From NCBI GenBank assembly GCA_003218535.1, contig QHNV01000080.1:9532-73531 (forward strand): a DNA stretch of 64,000 bases. Reading direction: 5' to 3'. Positions 51,492 through 60,226 of the stretch are shown here, in pieces. The position numbers and the translations under genes were made by a program. Each line of letters starts with the position of its first letter. Within the stretch, counting starts at the first letter, position 1. A model generated the notes under the pieces. That model did no database searches, had not been told where the DNA came from, and worked only from the letters and a program-made list of their open reading frames with translations. Origin of the DNA: Verrucomicrobiota bacterium (GTDB lineage Bacteria > Verrucomicrobiota > Verrucomicrobiia > Chthoniobacterales > UBA10450).

Positions 51492-52976
51492 TTACTCCCC
51501 GGCATGATGCGGCTCGGGCGTTTTTGGTTCGGTCGGTTTTTCAGCTGGCGTTCCCTCAGGCTCAAGCCATTCGGTGTGGAAGACGCCGGGCTTATCGATG
51601 CGCTCGTACGTATGCGCACCAAAGAAATCGCGTTGCCCTTGCAGGAGATTCGCTGGAAGGCGAGCAGAGCGATAACTGTCGAAATACGCCAACGAGGCAG
51701 AAAACGCGGGGACCGGTACGCCGAACTTGATCGCTGTCGAAACGACGAGGCGCCATTTCGGCTGCGTTCTTTTGATGGCCTTGGTGAAATACCGGTCGAG
51801 GAGAAGATTTTGCAGCGCAGGATTACGCCGAAATGCCTCAACGATTCGATTTAGAAATTTGGCGCGAATGATACAGCCGCCCCGCCAGATCGTGGCGATG
51901 TCGCTCAGGTTCAGGTTCCATTCGTACGTCGTACTTCCGGATCGAAGAAGCTCCATTCCCTGCGCGTACGAGATAATTTTCGACGCATAAAGAGCGTCAC
52001 GCACGGCGTTGACGAAACGATCGCGATTGCCTTTGAACGTTCGAGCTCTCGGGTGCGGCAGAATTTTCGACGCCTCCTCGCGTTCTTCTTTTCGCGAAGA
52101 AATCACGCGAGCTTCGACTGCGGCGTTGATTGTGGAAATGACGACATATTGCTTGATGCCAGCTTGAAGCGTCCAGATACCGGTACCTTTTTGGCCCGCT
52201 TTGTCGAGGATCACGTCCACCAGCGGCTTGCCGGTTTCGGGATCGATTTTTCGGAAAATCAGCGACGTGATTTCGATCAGATAGCTCTCGAGTTCGCCCT
52301 TGTTCCACTCTTCGAAAATGTCGGCAAGTTGCGCCGCATCCATGCCCAGGATGTCCTTCAGAATAGCGTAAGCTTCACAAATCAGTTGGATATCACCGTA
52401 CTCGATACCGTTGTGCACCATCTTCACGTAATGACCGGCGCCATCAGGTCCCATGTATCGACAGCAGGGTTCGCCATCGACTTGCGCAGCGATCTTGCGA
52501 AAGATCGGGGCGATGATTTCCCATGACTCGCGCGAGCCACCGGGCATGAGCGATGGACCTTTGAGCGCACCTTCTTCACCGCCCGAAACACCCATCCCGA
52601 CGAAATGAATATCCTCCTCCGCTAGCTCTTTCTCGCGTCGCTGCGTGTCGGTAAAAAGCGAGTTTCCACCGTCGATAATGACGTCACCTTTTTCGAGCAA
52701 CGGAACAAGTTGGCTGATCACGGAATCCACGGGCGGGCCCGCCTTCACCATCAACATTGCGATTCGCGGTTTTTTGAGCGCCCCCACAAATTCCTCCAGC
52801 GTCTGCGTGGGCTGGATGTTTTTCCCCTTGGCGCGTCCTGCGGCAAATTTGTCGGTGACTTCCGTCGTACGATTGAACACCGCAACAGAAAAACCTTTGG
52901 ATTCCATGTTCAGGACAAGATTTTCGCCCATGACACCGAGGCCGATCATGCCAATATCACATTGATTCGTGTTCAT
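51492..52976 (-). CDS. gnd: 6-phosphogluconate dehydrogenase (decarboxylating)
   Basis: IGMIGLGVMGENLVLN, GMGVSGGEEGA, HNGIEYGDIQLI. Short Pro/Glu-rich C-terminal tail. Confidence 0.95.
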   Translation of the reverse strand: MNTNQCDIGMIGLGVMGENLVLNMESKGFSVAVFNRTTEVTDKFAAGRAKGKNIQPTQTLEEFVGALKKPRIAMLMVKAGPPVDSVISQLVPLLEKGDVIIDGGNSLFTDTQRREKELAEEDIHFVGMGVSGGEEGALKGPSLMPGGSRESWEIIAPIFRKIAAQVDGEPCCRYMGPDGAGHYVKMVHNGIEYGDIQLICEAYAILKDILGMDAAQLADIFEEWNKGELESYLIEITSLIFRKIDPETGKPLVDVILDKAGQKGTGIWTLQAGIKQYVVISTINAAVEARVISSRKEEREEASKILPHPRARTFKGNRDRFVNAVRDALYASKIISYAQGMELLRSGSTTYEWNLNLSDIATIWRGGCIIRAKFLNRIVEAFRRNPALQNLLLDRYFTKAIKRTQPKWRLVVSTAIKFGVPVPAFSASLAYFDSYRSARLPANLLQGQRDFFGAHTYERIDKPGVFHTEWLEPEGTPAEKPTEPKTPEPHHAGE

Positions 52977-53040
52977 TTTCGTATCTCCTTTTGTGGCTGC
53001 TCAATAGAGAAGAACCCATTGTAGCGAGCGTTTCAATCTC

Positions 53041-53475
53041 ATGGCAAATATCGTTTGTGAAATTTTGGTAACTGAATCGCCGCTTGAGGCGTCGGCGAAA
53101 AACTTTCATGGCGATGCCGGAGCAATGATCGAGTTTTGGGGAGTGGTGCGGAGGTTTGAAGGCGGCCGCGAGATCGATGGAATTGACTACGAGGCGCATC
53201 GTGAAATGGCGGAGCACCAGTTGAAACGAATTGCAGAACAAGCGGCAGAGGAATTTGGACTTAAGTTCGTGGCCATTCACCACCGAATTGGATTTATCGC
53301 GGTTGGGGAACCATCACTTATCGTGTCCGTCGCTAGTCCGCATCGCGGCGAAGGGTTTCGAGCCGCTCAATGGATTGTGGATGAATTGAAGAAGAAGGTA
53401 CCGATTTGGAAACGGCCCCGGTTCAGAACTGATAAGGAGGATCACGCTGCGTACAACGCCGCGATTACAATATGA
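53041..53475 (+). CDS. moaE: molybdopterin synthase catalytic subunit
   Basis: ...IHHRIGFIAVGEPSLIVSVASPHRGEGFRAAQWIVDELKKKVPIWK. Confidence 0.85.
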   Translation: MANIVCEILVTESPLEASAKNFHGDAGAMIEFWGVVRRFEGGREIDGIDYEAHREMAEHQLKRIAEQAAEEFGLKFVAIHHRIGFIAVGEPSLIVSVASPHRGEGFRAAQWIVDELKKKVPIWKRPRFRTDKEDHAAYNAAITI

Positions 53476-54050
53476 ATTGGGCGAACCGACTTACCCTGAG
53501 CCGACTGGCGCTGACGGTGCTCTTTGTAGCGTTGCTCAGTTCATGCTGGCATTATGCGCGTACGGCCGCACTCGTGATTTTTTTGATCGCCGGTCTCACG
53601 GACTTTATCGACGGCGAGGTTGCCCGTCGCTACGGGGTCATCACCAACTTCGGCAAATTAATGGATCCGCTCGTAGACAAAATCATGGTGGCGGCAGCGT
53701 TTATTTCACTTGTTCCTCTCAAAGCCGTGCCGGCATGGGCAGCGACGGCGGTTGTTGCGCGCGATTTTCTCATTACGGGTCTGCGGCTAATGGCCAGCGC
53801 AAAGGGGCGAATTCTCCCGGCAGAAAGTCTCGGCAAGCAAAAAACATCATGGCAAATCGTCACGATCATCTTTTTCCTTGCGCTGCTGTCGATCGCAGAA
53901 CTGCACTACGCGAATGAAACATCGACGTGGTGGGCTCGGGCGTGGTGGGAAGCAGGGCCTGTGCTGGTGTGGATCACCGTGGCCCTAACGATTTACTCGG
54001 GGCTCGGTTACGCCTGGCGAAATCGCGAGTTGATTTCTCCAGATCAATAG
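53472..54050 (+). CDS. pgsA: CDP-diacylglycerol--glycerol-3-phosphate 3-phosphatidyltransferase
   Basis: CDP-alcohol phosphatidyltransferase motif DFIDGEVARRYGVITNFGKLMDPLVDK. Confidence 0.88.
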   Translation: MNWANRLTLSRLALTVLFVALLSSCWHYARTAALVIFLIAGLTDFIDGEVARRYGVITNFGKLMDPLVDKIMVAAAFISLVPLKAVPAWAATAVVARDFLITGLRLMASAKGRILPAESLGKQKTSWQIVTIIFFLALLSIAELHYANETSTWWARAWWEAGPVLVWITVALTIYSGLGYAWRNRELISPDQ

Positions 54051-54119
54051 CGGGCAACGGGAATCGAACCCGCATGGCCAGCTTGGAAGGCTGGAACTTT
54101 ACCATTAAGCTATGCCCGC
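54049..54119 (-). tRNA. tRNA-Gly (anticodon TCC)
   Basis: The reverse complement GCGGGCATAGCTTAATGGTAAAGTTCCAGCCTTCCAAGCTGGCCATGCGGGTTCGATTCCCGTTGCCCGCT folds by hand into a cloverleaf. The anticodon loop is CTTCCAA. No encoded CCA. Confidence 0.88.
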
Positions 54120-54193
54120 GTTGCGATGGTGAATAGTGACAATTGACGATCGAATAGTCAAAAGCGTTTGTCGCATCCAGCGCCGCGCCTCCG

Positions 54194-55291
54194 CTACTCT
54201 TCGAATGCGGCGGCAACCAGCGTAGCATTGTGTCCGCCGAAACCGAACGAGTTATTGAGCGCTACGCGCACCTTTTTTTCGCGTGCGACCTTCGGCGTGT
54301 AATCGAGGTCGCATTCTTCGCCCGGATTTTCGAAGTTGATGGTAGGCGGTATTATAGAGTCGCGGATAGCCAGTGCGCAGGCGGCCATCTCTATTCCGCC
54401 GGCGCCGCCTAACAAGTGGCCGGTCATCGATTTCGTTGCACTGATCGAAACCTTATAGGCATGTTCGCCAAAGATCTCTTTGATGGCGCGGGTCTCGCAC
54501 AGATCGCCGATATCTGTGGACGTAGCGTGCGCGTTGATGTAATCGACCTGCTCGGGTGAGACGTGCGCGTGCTCCAGCGCCAGTTTCATCGCTCGGGCAG
54601 CCCCTTCGCCATCTGGCGGCGGTGCAGTCATGTGGTAGGCATCGGCGGACACGCCGTATCCCGTGATTACACAATAAATCTTTGCATCGCGCTGCCTGGC
54701 ATGTTCCAGCTCCTCGACAACGACAACTCCGGAGCCTTCACTCATGGATTTGATGATTCGCCACGACTCACCGATGGCATTATTCGACGTGGCACAAGCA
54801 GTAACGATACAAAGATTCGGCCCGCGCAAGCCAAACTCCATCGAGATGACGCCGCCGGCCATGTTGCTGATCAGCATGGGGATTGTGAACGGCGAGTTTC
54901 GCCCCGGTCCCTTGGTCAGCAGGATCTTCAACTGATCCTGCAACGTTTTCAGGCCGCCTATTCCGGTGCTAACGATTACGCCGAAGCGGTCGGGTTGTTT
55001 TAGGTTGCTTATATCGATTCCGCTATCCGCCATCGCCTTTTTTGCTGCGGCCATTGCAAGATGCGTAAACCGGTCGGTACGCCGCACGTCCTTTGGATTG
55101 TTGAAGAACGGCTTGGGATCGAAATCGCGGACTTGTCCACCGATTTTGCAATCGTACCCGCTGGTATCAAATGCATCGATCGTACGAATGCCGCTTACGC
55201 CGTTTCTCAGATTCGACCAAAAGGTTTCGAGATCGTTGCCAACCGGCGTGACAACACCCATACCAGTGATAACTACTCTGCGCTCAGCCAT
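54194..55291 (-). CDS. fabF: beta-ketoacyl-ACP synthase II (appears to lack ~48 internal residues, see findings)
   Basis: RRVVITGMGVVTPVGN, active-site ACATS, NAHATST, KSMTGHLLGGAG, NSFGFGGHN. Only 365 aa. Confidence 0.85.
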   Translation of the reverse strand: MAERRVVITGMGVVTPVGNDLETFWSNLRNGVSGIRTIDAFDTSGYDCKIGGQVRDFDPKPFFNNPKDVRRTDRFTHLAMAAAKKAMADSGIDISNLKQPDRFGVIVSTGIGGLKTLQDQLKILLTKGPGRNSPFTIPMLISNMAGGVISMEFGLRGPNLCIVTACATSNNAIGESWRIIKSMSEGSGVVVVEELEHARQRDAKIYCVITGYGVSADAYHMTAPPPDGEGAARAMKLALEHAHVSPEQVDYINAHATSTDIGDLCETRAIKEIFGEHAYKVSISATKSMTGHLLGGAGGIEMAACALAIRDSIIPPTINFENPGEECDLDYTPKVAREKKVRVALNNSFGFGGHNATLVAAAFEE

Positions 55292-55324
55292 GTTATAGCC
55301 TTAAAGCGTGGAAGCGTGCGACGG

Positions 55325-56503
55325 TCAACTGGTTCCCATGCCGACGTTTTGTACCGTCTGGAAGAGTTTTCCTTCGGTCCGAATGGAAGGCGCAATGATG
55401 ATTTCGGTCTGCTGGAACTCAGGAATATTGTGTGCTCCTACGTTGCCCATGCAAGTCGTGATTGCACCAACGAGATTTTGGCTGCCGTCGTCCACTTCGG
55501 CGGGGCCGAAGAGGATTTGTTTAAGTGAACCGGTGCTGCCCACCTTGATGCGCGTGCCACGGGGAAGGTTTGCATGCGGAGTGGCCATGCCCCAATGGTA
55601 TCCGCGTCCGGGTGCTTCGTGAGCCTTGGCAAACGCGCTGCCCACCATGACCGCATCGGCGCCGCAAGCCAGCGCTTTGCACACGTCGCCTCCTCTGCTC
55701 ATCCCGCCGTCAGTGACAATCGGCACATAACGCGATGTTTTCTTGAAGTAAGCATCGCGCGCGGCCGCGCAATCCACGGTCGCAGTTACCTGCGGCACAC
55801 CGAGTCCGAGAACACCGCGGGAGGTGCAGGCAGCGCCCGGCCCCACGCCGACCAAAACCGCAGCCGGCCCGCATTCCATGATTTCGAGAGTCACATCGTA
55901 GCCGACTGTGTTTCCGACGATAACAGGAATGCGCATTTCACGGCAAAATTTTTCAAGATCAAGCGACTTATATTCCGATGAAATATGCCGTACGGTAGAA
56001 ACCGTGCTCTGCACCACGAAAACATCTGCGCCAGCTTCTTGTGCAATCCTGCCAAATTCCGCGGCGCGTTGAGGAATTGAGCTGACCGCGGCTATAACAC
56101 CGGCATCTTTAATCTGACGAACACGCGCGGCAATGAGGTCCTGTTGGATCGGTTCCTGATAGATACGCTGGAGCAGCGCCGTAATCTCGGACTTGCTCGC
56201 GTCGACGACTTTTTGCAAAACTTCCTGTGGGTTCTTGTAGCGTGTTTGCACTCCTTCCAGGTTCAAAACCGCGAGCCCGCCGAGTTTATTCATTGCGACC
56301 GCGAAGGCCACATCGACAACGCCATCCATGGCGCTGGCGAGGATCGGAATCTTAAATTCGAGCGGTTGCGTTTCTTTGCGGGGCAAACGAAACGCGATGT
56401 CCACTTCGTTCGGATTGATCGTTACGCGCCCGGGCACGAGCGCGATCTCGTCGAAGCCATACGTCACGCGCGCTTTGCGATTTCGGCCTATCCACATTCC
56501 CAT
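55325..56503 (-). CDS. GuaB3-type IMP dehydrogenase-related protein (no CBS pair)
   Basis: TIM-barrel IMPDH/GMPR-like (FDEIALVP..., ILASAMDGV, VGVGPGAACTSR, TDGGMSRGGDVCKALACGADAVMVGS). Confidence 0.78.
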   Translation of the reverse strand: MGMWIGRNRKARVTYGFDEIALVPGRVTINPNEVDIAFRLPRKETQPLEFKIPILASAMDGVVDVAFAVAMNKLGGLAVLNLEGVQTRYKNPQEVLQKVVDASKSEITALLQRIYQEPIQQDLIAARVRQIKDAGVIAAVSSIPQRAAEFGRIAQEAGADVFVVQSTVSTVRHISSEYKSLDLEKFCREMRIPVIVGNTVGYDVTLEIMECGPAAVLVGVGPGAACTSRGVLGLGVPQVTATVDCAAARDAYFKKTSRYVPIVTDGGMSRGGDVCKALACGADAVMVGSAFAKAHEAPGRGYHWGMATPHANLPRGTRIKVGSTGSLKQILFGPAEVDDGSQNLVGAITTCMGNVGAHNIPEFQQTEIIIAPSIRTEGKLFQTVQNVGMGTS

Positions 56504-56504
56504 G

Positions 56505-56744
56505 TTAAATATTTTCCATCCTGAATCGTTCGTTTAAACTTCCGCAGTGCGGGCACCGGGGAAGCAGCGCATCGGTCCGATCTTCAAATTCGAACGCGCA
56601 AATCACGCAACGCAGCCGGTGCTGAAGAGCCCGTCGCTCTCGCCGCCGGCGATTCCATTCTCCAATTATCCAGAATAGAAACACCGCCGCAAGAAAAAGC
56701 AGCAGATAAATCGTAATGAGAGTAGCAAGGCTGACGCGAATCAC
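56505..56744 (-). CDS. small membrane protein with C-terminal zinc-ribbon
   Basis: One TM (LATLITIYLLLFLAAVFLFWII), then RCVICAFEF...RCPHCGS. 4-nt overlap with the upstream gene. Confidence 0.55.
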   Translation of the reverse strand: MIRVSLATLITIYLLLFLAAVFLFWIIGEWNRRRRERRALQHRLRCVICAFEFEDRTDALLPRCPHCGSLNERFRMENI

Positions 56745-57538
56745 GGCGTGACAGTGGCGGCAGGTGCTTGCAGCTGGCGCGCCACGTCGCTACCCCATTG
56801 GATTGTGGCTGTGCCCCAAACGAGAGATAAACCGGGCCTGTCGGAGGTGATTCTGGAAGGTGAAAAACGGCTGCGGACGAGCTGCAACCGACCTTGTTCA
56901 TCCAGCGCCGGGTCACCTGACGAGTTGACGGGAAAACAATACCGGATTTCCCCTAAATCGCTTACGGCGATGCGAAACCGGAGCGTTTCAGGTGTTTCCT
57001 CGTGAGACGCGGCGAAGCGCGATTGAGGGATGCTCGCAACGCCAAACTGCTTCAGTTCCTTGGAAAACGAAATATACGTTCTGCCCGTGGCTCCGGCAGA
57101 AACGGTTTTCCGCGAGAGAATGGGTACCGCGCCGGGTGGCCGAGAACTTGGAATCCGCAGATCGGGCTTGAACGCCGGAATTTTCTTTAGAGGAGGATCT
57201 AACGCGAAATAGGATGGCACATGCTCTGCTTTTGAGATCGCGTCAAGCTTTGTCTGTGGCGGCGCATGGGTGGTGAAAGCAAGCGCAGGATCCTCTGCAT
57301 CGATCCAACGAAGCAGGGTTCTGCCCTGTTCAGAATCGGGCGCAATAAATGTAACGCCGGCCGGCGGCGGCAGCAGCGCCACCGGCGTCGGATAAACAAT
57401 TTGAAAAACATAAAAACAGAACGCGTGCCCGACCAGCGACATCACCACGAAAATCGCAAACACCGCCTTCGGCTGCCGGGGTGAATCCCAAGTAAAGAGG
57501 AGTGGCTCGATGACATTCTCGGAGGCACCACTGCTCAT
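56741..57538 (-). CDS. membrane-anchored TonB-C-like protein
   Basis: TM (AVFAIFVVMSLVGHAFCFYVF), Pro-rich spacer, C-terminal ...IAVSDLGEIRYCFPVNSSGDPALDEQGRLQLVRSRFSP resembling the TonB C-terminal signature. Overlaps the exbD stop. Confidence 0.5.
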   Translation of the reverse strand: MSSGASENVIEPLLFTWDSPRQPKAVFAIFVVMSLVGHAFCFYVFQIVYPTPVALLPPPAGVTFIAPDSEQGRTLLRWIDAEDPALAFTTHAPPQTKLDAISKAEHVPSYFALDPPLKKIPAFKPDLRIPSSRPPGAVPILSRKTVSAGATGRTYISFSKELKQFGVASIPQSRFAASHEETPETLRFRIAVSDLGEIRYCFPVNSSGDPALDEQGRLQLVRSRFSPSRITSDRPGLSLVWGTATIQWGSDVARQLQAPAATVTP

Positions 57539-57942
57539 TGTGGCGGAGTCGCAGCGAGCGCTACCGAAGTGATGCCATGTTCCAGCACAGCGTTTGTCAC
57601 TCTGGCAACTGTTTCGTAGGAAGCAGAACGATCAGCCTTAATGATAATAGATTGGTCCTTCCTCTTAGCTGCATCGAGTAATTGTCCGAGCTGCTCCAAG
57701 CTAACTCGCTGGTCCTGAAAATAAATCGCCGCTACTGCGCCCCCGGTGATACTGATGATTTGCTGATTGCTCTGCGGTCCGAGCGTAAAGCGCGAGACTG
57801 GCATCGAAATCGAGATGCCATGTTGCAGGATTAAATTCGAGCTCAGCAACAGGAAAAACAAGAACAGGAAAACAAGATCAACTAGCCCGATAAACAAAAC
57901 CCATCCGAAGTTATAGTTTATCGTTCGATCGAGCTTCATCAT
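57535..57942 (-). CDS. exbD: ExbD/TolR biopolymer transport protein
   Basis: 135 aa, TM LFIGLVDLVFLFLFFLLL plus an ExbD periplasmic domain (IIKADRSASYETVARVTNAV). Confidence 0.82.
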   Translation of the reverse strand: MMKLDRTINYNFGWVLFIGLVDLVFLFLFFLLLSSNLILQHGISISMPVSRFTLGPQSNQQIISITGGAVAAIYFQDQRVSLEQLGQLLDAAKRKDQSIIIKADRSASYETVARVTNAVLEHGITSVALAATPPQ

Positions 57943-57995
57943 TAATATTTAGCGCTTCAACTCCGTCCAGCGGCGACCCACGGAACTGTTCGTGG

Positions 57996-58676
57996 TCAAA
58001 GGTCTTGGCGTGCTTCAATTTCGCGCGCCGCCTCGTCAGGTTGTTGGAAACTGATGATGCCGCTGACCGGGCGGCTTTCGGTCAACATGTGGACAATCTC
58101 GATCCCTGCCCGCTCCATGTCATGCATCATCGTGTTGACGCGAGAAGACAGGTAGCTGTAGGCGACAAACGTCGGTGTTGCTACCACGAGCCCGGCCGCA
58201 GTCGTCAGCAAACTCTTGTAAACGCCGCCGGAAAGCTCGGTGACCGTGGCATAACCACCACTGGAGGCGATTGTGCCAAAGGCATCGATCATTCCTGCAA
58301 CTGTTCCGAGCAGTCCCAATAACGGAGTGAGGAAAGCAATAGTAGCAAGGACGGGAAGAAATCGCTCCAGTTTTGGCACTTCGAGCTGCGCGGCCTCCTT
58401 CACAATGTTGCGCAATTCCGCTCGAGGCGCATCGTGCCGAATAATCGCGGCATGAATGACTCGCGCTACTGGCCCGGGCGTACCAGCCGATTCGTGCAGC
58501 GCTTCAGCGAAATTCCGCCGTCGAACCAAATTCCAGAGGCCTTTCAGGAATTCGCCCACATGAATCGTCGCGCGATGAAAATAAAAAAGGCGCTCCGCGA
58601 ATACAGCGATGGAGATGATACTGCAGGCCAGAATGGGCCACATCAATAATCCGCCTTTTTGGATGTAATCAATCAC
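57996..58676 (-). CDS. exbB: MotA/TolQ/ExbB proton-channel protein
   Basis: GGLLMWPILACSIISIAVFAER, LTPLLGLLGTVAGMI. Confidence 0.85.
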   Translation of the reverse strand: MIDYIQKGGLLMWPILACSIISIAVFAERLFYFHRATIHVGEFLKGLWNLVRRRNFAEALHESAGTPGPVARVIHAAIIRHDAPRAELRNIVKEAAQLEVPKLERFLPVLATIAFLTPLLGLLGTVAGMIDAFGTIASSGGYATVTELSGGVYKSLLTTAAGLVVATPTFVAYSYLSSRVNTMMHDMERAGIEIVHMLTESRPVSGIISFQQPDEAAREIEARQDL

Positions 58677-58752
58677 ACGAACTTTTTTGTAGCGCTCTTT
58701 CCTGGCTGTGGCAAGGGACTTTCCCCTCTTTGAGGCTTCTCGCGGCGCGCGC

Positions 58753-59433
58753 CTAACGCCTTGCAGCAGTATAAATCGTTACGATGCCTCCAGTTAAACG
58801 TTTGAAGCTCGGTGAATCGTACCCCTTTTCTCGCATTAACTCGCACATCGCGTTGCCACTTGGAAATTGTTCGATTGACTTGCCAAGGTAATCGTACGCG
58901 CTCCTCCTTTGTGTTAAACACGAGCCGATCAGAGGCAGGCAGCGATGCAAATAGAAACGATACGCTGCGCGCAATATCGGCGTGCTTGGCAATGAGAATT
59001 CGAGCACGAGCAGGTGACCGTTGGTGTTAAGTACGCGGCAGATTTCAGTAAGCCCGGCTGAGTAGTTTTCCAAGTTGCGCAAGCCAAATGCAATAGTGAC
59101 GCAGTCGAACGAGCCGTCGGCAAACGGGAGCCTCATCGCATCGGCTAATACGACGTGTTGCACCCCTTTGTGGCGGGCAAGCTCTAGCATCTCCGGCAGG
59201 AAATCAACACCCGTGATTTCGGCGTCGGGCAATTTTTTTTGCAGAGCCAGCGCCAAATCTCCCGTGCCGGTGGCAAGATCAGCAATCCTATCCGGCTGCC
59301 AACTGGCAACGATGTCAGCCGCACGCGCGCGCCAGTAGAAGTCGATGCCACAGCTAAGCACGTGGTTGGCGAGATCATAGCGTCTCGCAATCGACCCGAA
59401 CATTTCACGGACATAAGCGGGTTTGCTATTCAT
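58753..59433 (-). CDS. ubiE: demethylmenaquinone/ubiquinone C-methyltransferase
   Basis: ATG 59433. VREMFGSIARRYDLANHVLSCGIDFYWR, SAM motif DLATGTGDLA, FGLRN. Confidence 0.88.
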   Translation of the reverse strand: MNSKPAYVREMFGSIARRYDLANHVLSCGIDFYWRARAADIVASWQPDRIADLATGTGDLALALQKKLPDAEITGVDFLPEMLELARHKGVQHVVLADAMRLPFADGSFDCVTIAFGLRNLENYSAGLTEICRVLNTNGHLLVLEFSLPSTPILRAAYRFYLHRCLPLIGSCLTQRRSAYDYLGKSIEQFPSGNAMCELMREKGYDSPSFKRLTGGIVTIYTAARR

Positions 59434-59588
59434 CTCAGCGTTTCGGCAAAACAGCAATTCGAAGGATTCCGCCAAAATTCAACTTATGACTCATGGGATA
59501 CCTAACGAGCTAACAGTGAGGAACAAAGTCCACAACTAGCCGCAAAATTACTGATTGCCATATTCGCCAACAACAGCTATCTACGGGG

Positions 59589-60017
59589 ATGGACATATCT
59601 GTTAAAGATCTACAGGAAGCGATCTCAATTCGCCAGCAAATCGATAACCTGCAACGACGCCTTTCCTCTCTTTTGCGAGGCGCCCCTCCTCAAAGGCCAG
59701 CCACTCCCACAGCCCGCGGACGCTACTTCTCGCCTGCCACACGAGCAAAGCTTGCGGCAGCTGCTAAAGCTCGTTGGGCAAGGACGCGAAGCGTGGGAGC
59801 AGCAACGCCTGCCGGAAGAAAGGGTCAACTGACGCCCGCCGGGCGGAGGAAGCTTTCCCAGCTGATGAAAGCTCGCTGGGCGGCAAGAAGGAAGGCAGGA
59901 GGAACGAAAAAGGCCCCAGCGAAGAAAAGAGGCGCACTTACAGCCGCCGGCCGTAAGAGGCTCTCAGACCTGATGAAGGCACGCTGGGCAGCGAGAAGAA
60001 AATCCAGCGGGAAATAG
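59589..60017 (+). CDS. hypothetical basic protein with three KARWA repeats
   Basis: N-terminal helix then TRAKLAAAAKARWARTRS / GRRKLSQLMKARWAARRKAGG / GRKRLSDLMKARWAARRKSSGK. No family name recalled. Confidence 0.5.
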   Translation: MDISVKDLQEAISIRQQIDNLQRRLSSLLRGAPPQRPATPTARGRYFSPATRAKLAAAAKARWARTRSVGAATPAGRKGQLTPAGRRKLSQLMKARWAARRKAGGTKKAPAKKRGALTAAGRKRLSDLMKARWAARRKSSGK

Positions 60018-60068
60018 CGACTGCGATCGAGCCCAGTAGTTGCTGGTAGCCCTTTTGGCGGCCCGAAC

Positions 60069-60150
60069 TGCTCGCGAGAGGAGTCGAACCTCCACGGGTT
60101 TCCCCATACGGTCCTGAGCCGTACGCGTCTGCCGGTTCCGCCACGCGAGC
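60069..60150 (-). tRNA. tRNA-Leu (anticodon CAG)
   Basis: The reverse complement is GCTCGCGTGGCGGAACCGGCAGACGCGTACGGCTCAGGACCGTATGGGGAAACCCGTGGAGGTTCGACTCCTCTCGCGAGCA. It has a long variable arm and anticodon loop CTCAGGA. Confidence 0.88.
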
Positions 60151-60226
60151 AAAAGCAGCGGGGTCTTACAATGCGCGCGTGGCAGTGTGCCTGCAAGGTC
60201 AAAACCAGAGAGATTGCCGGTTTCAG

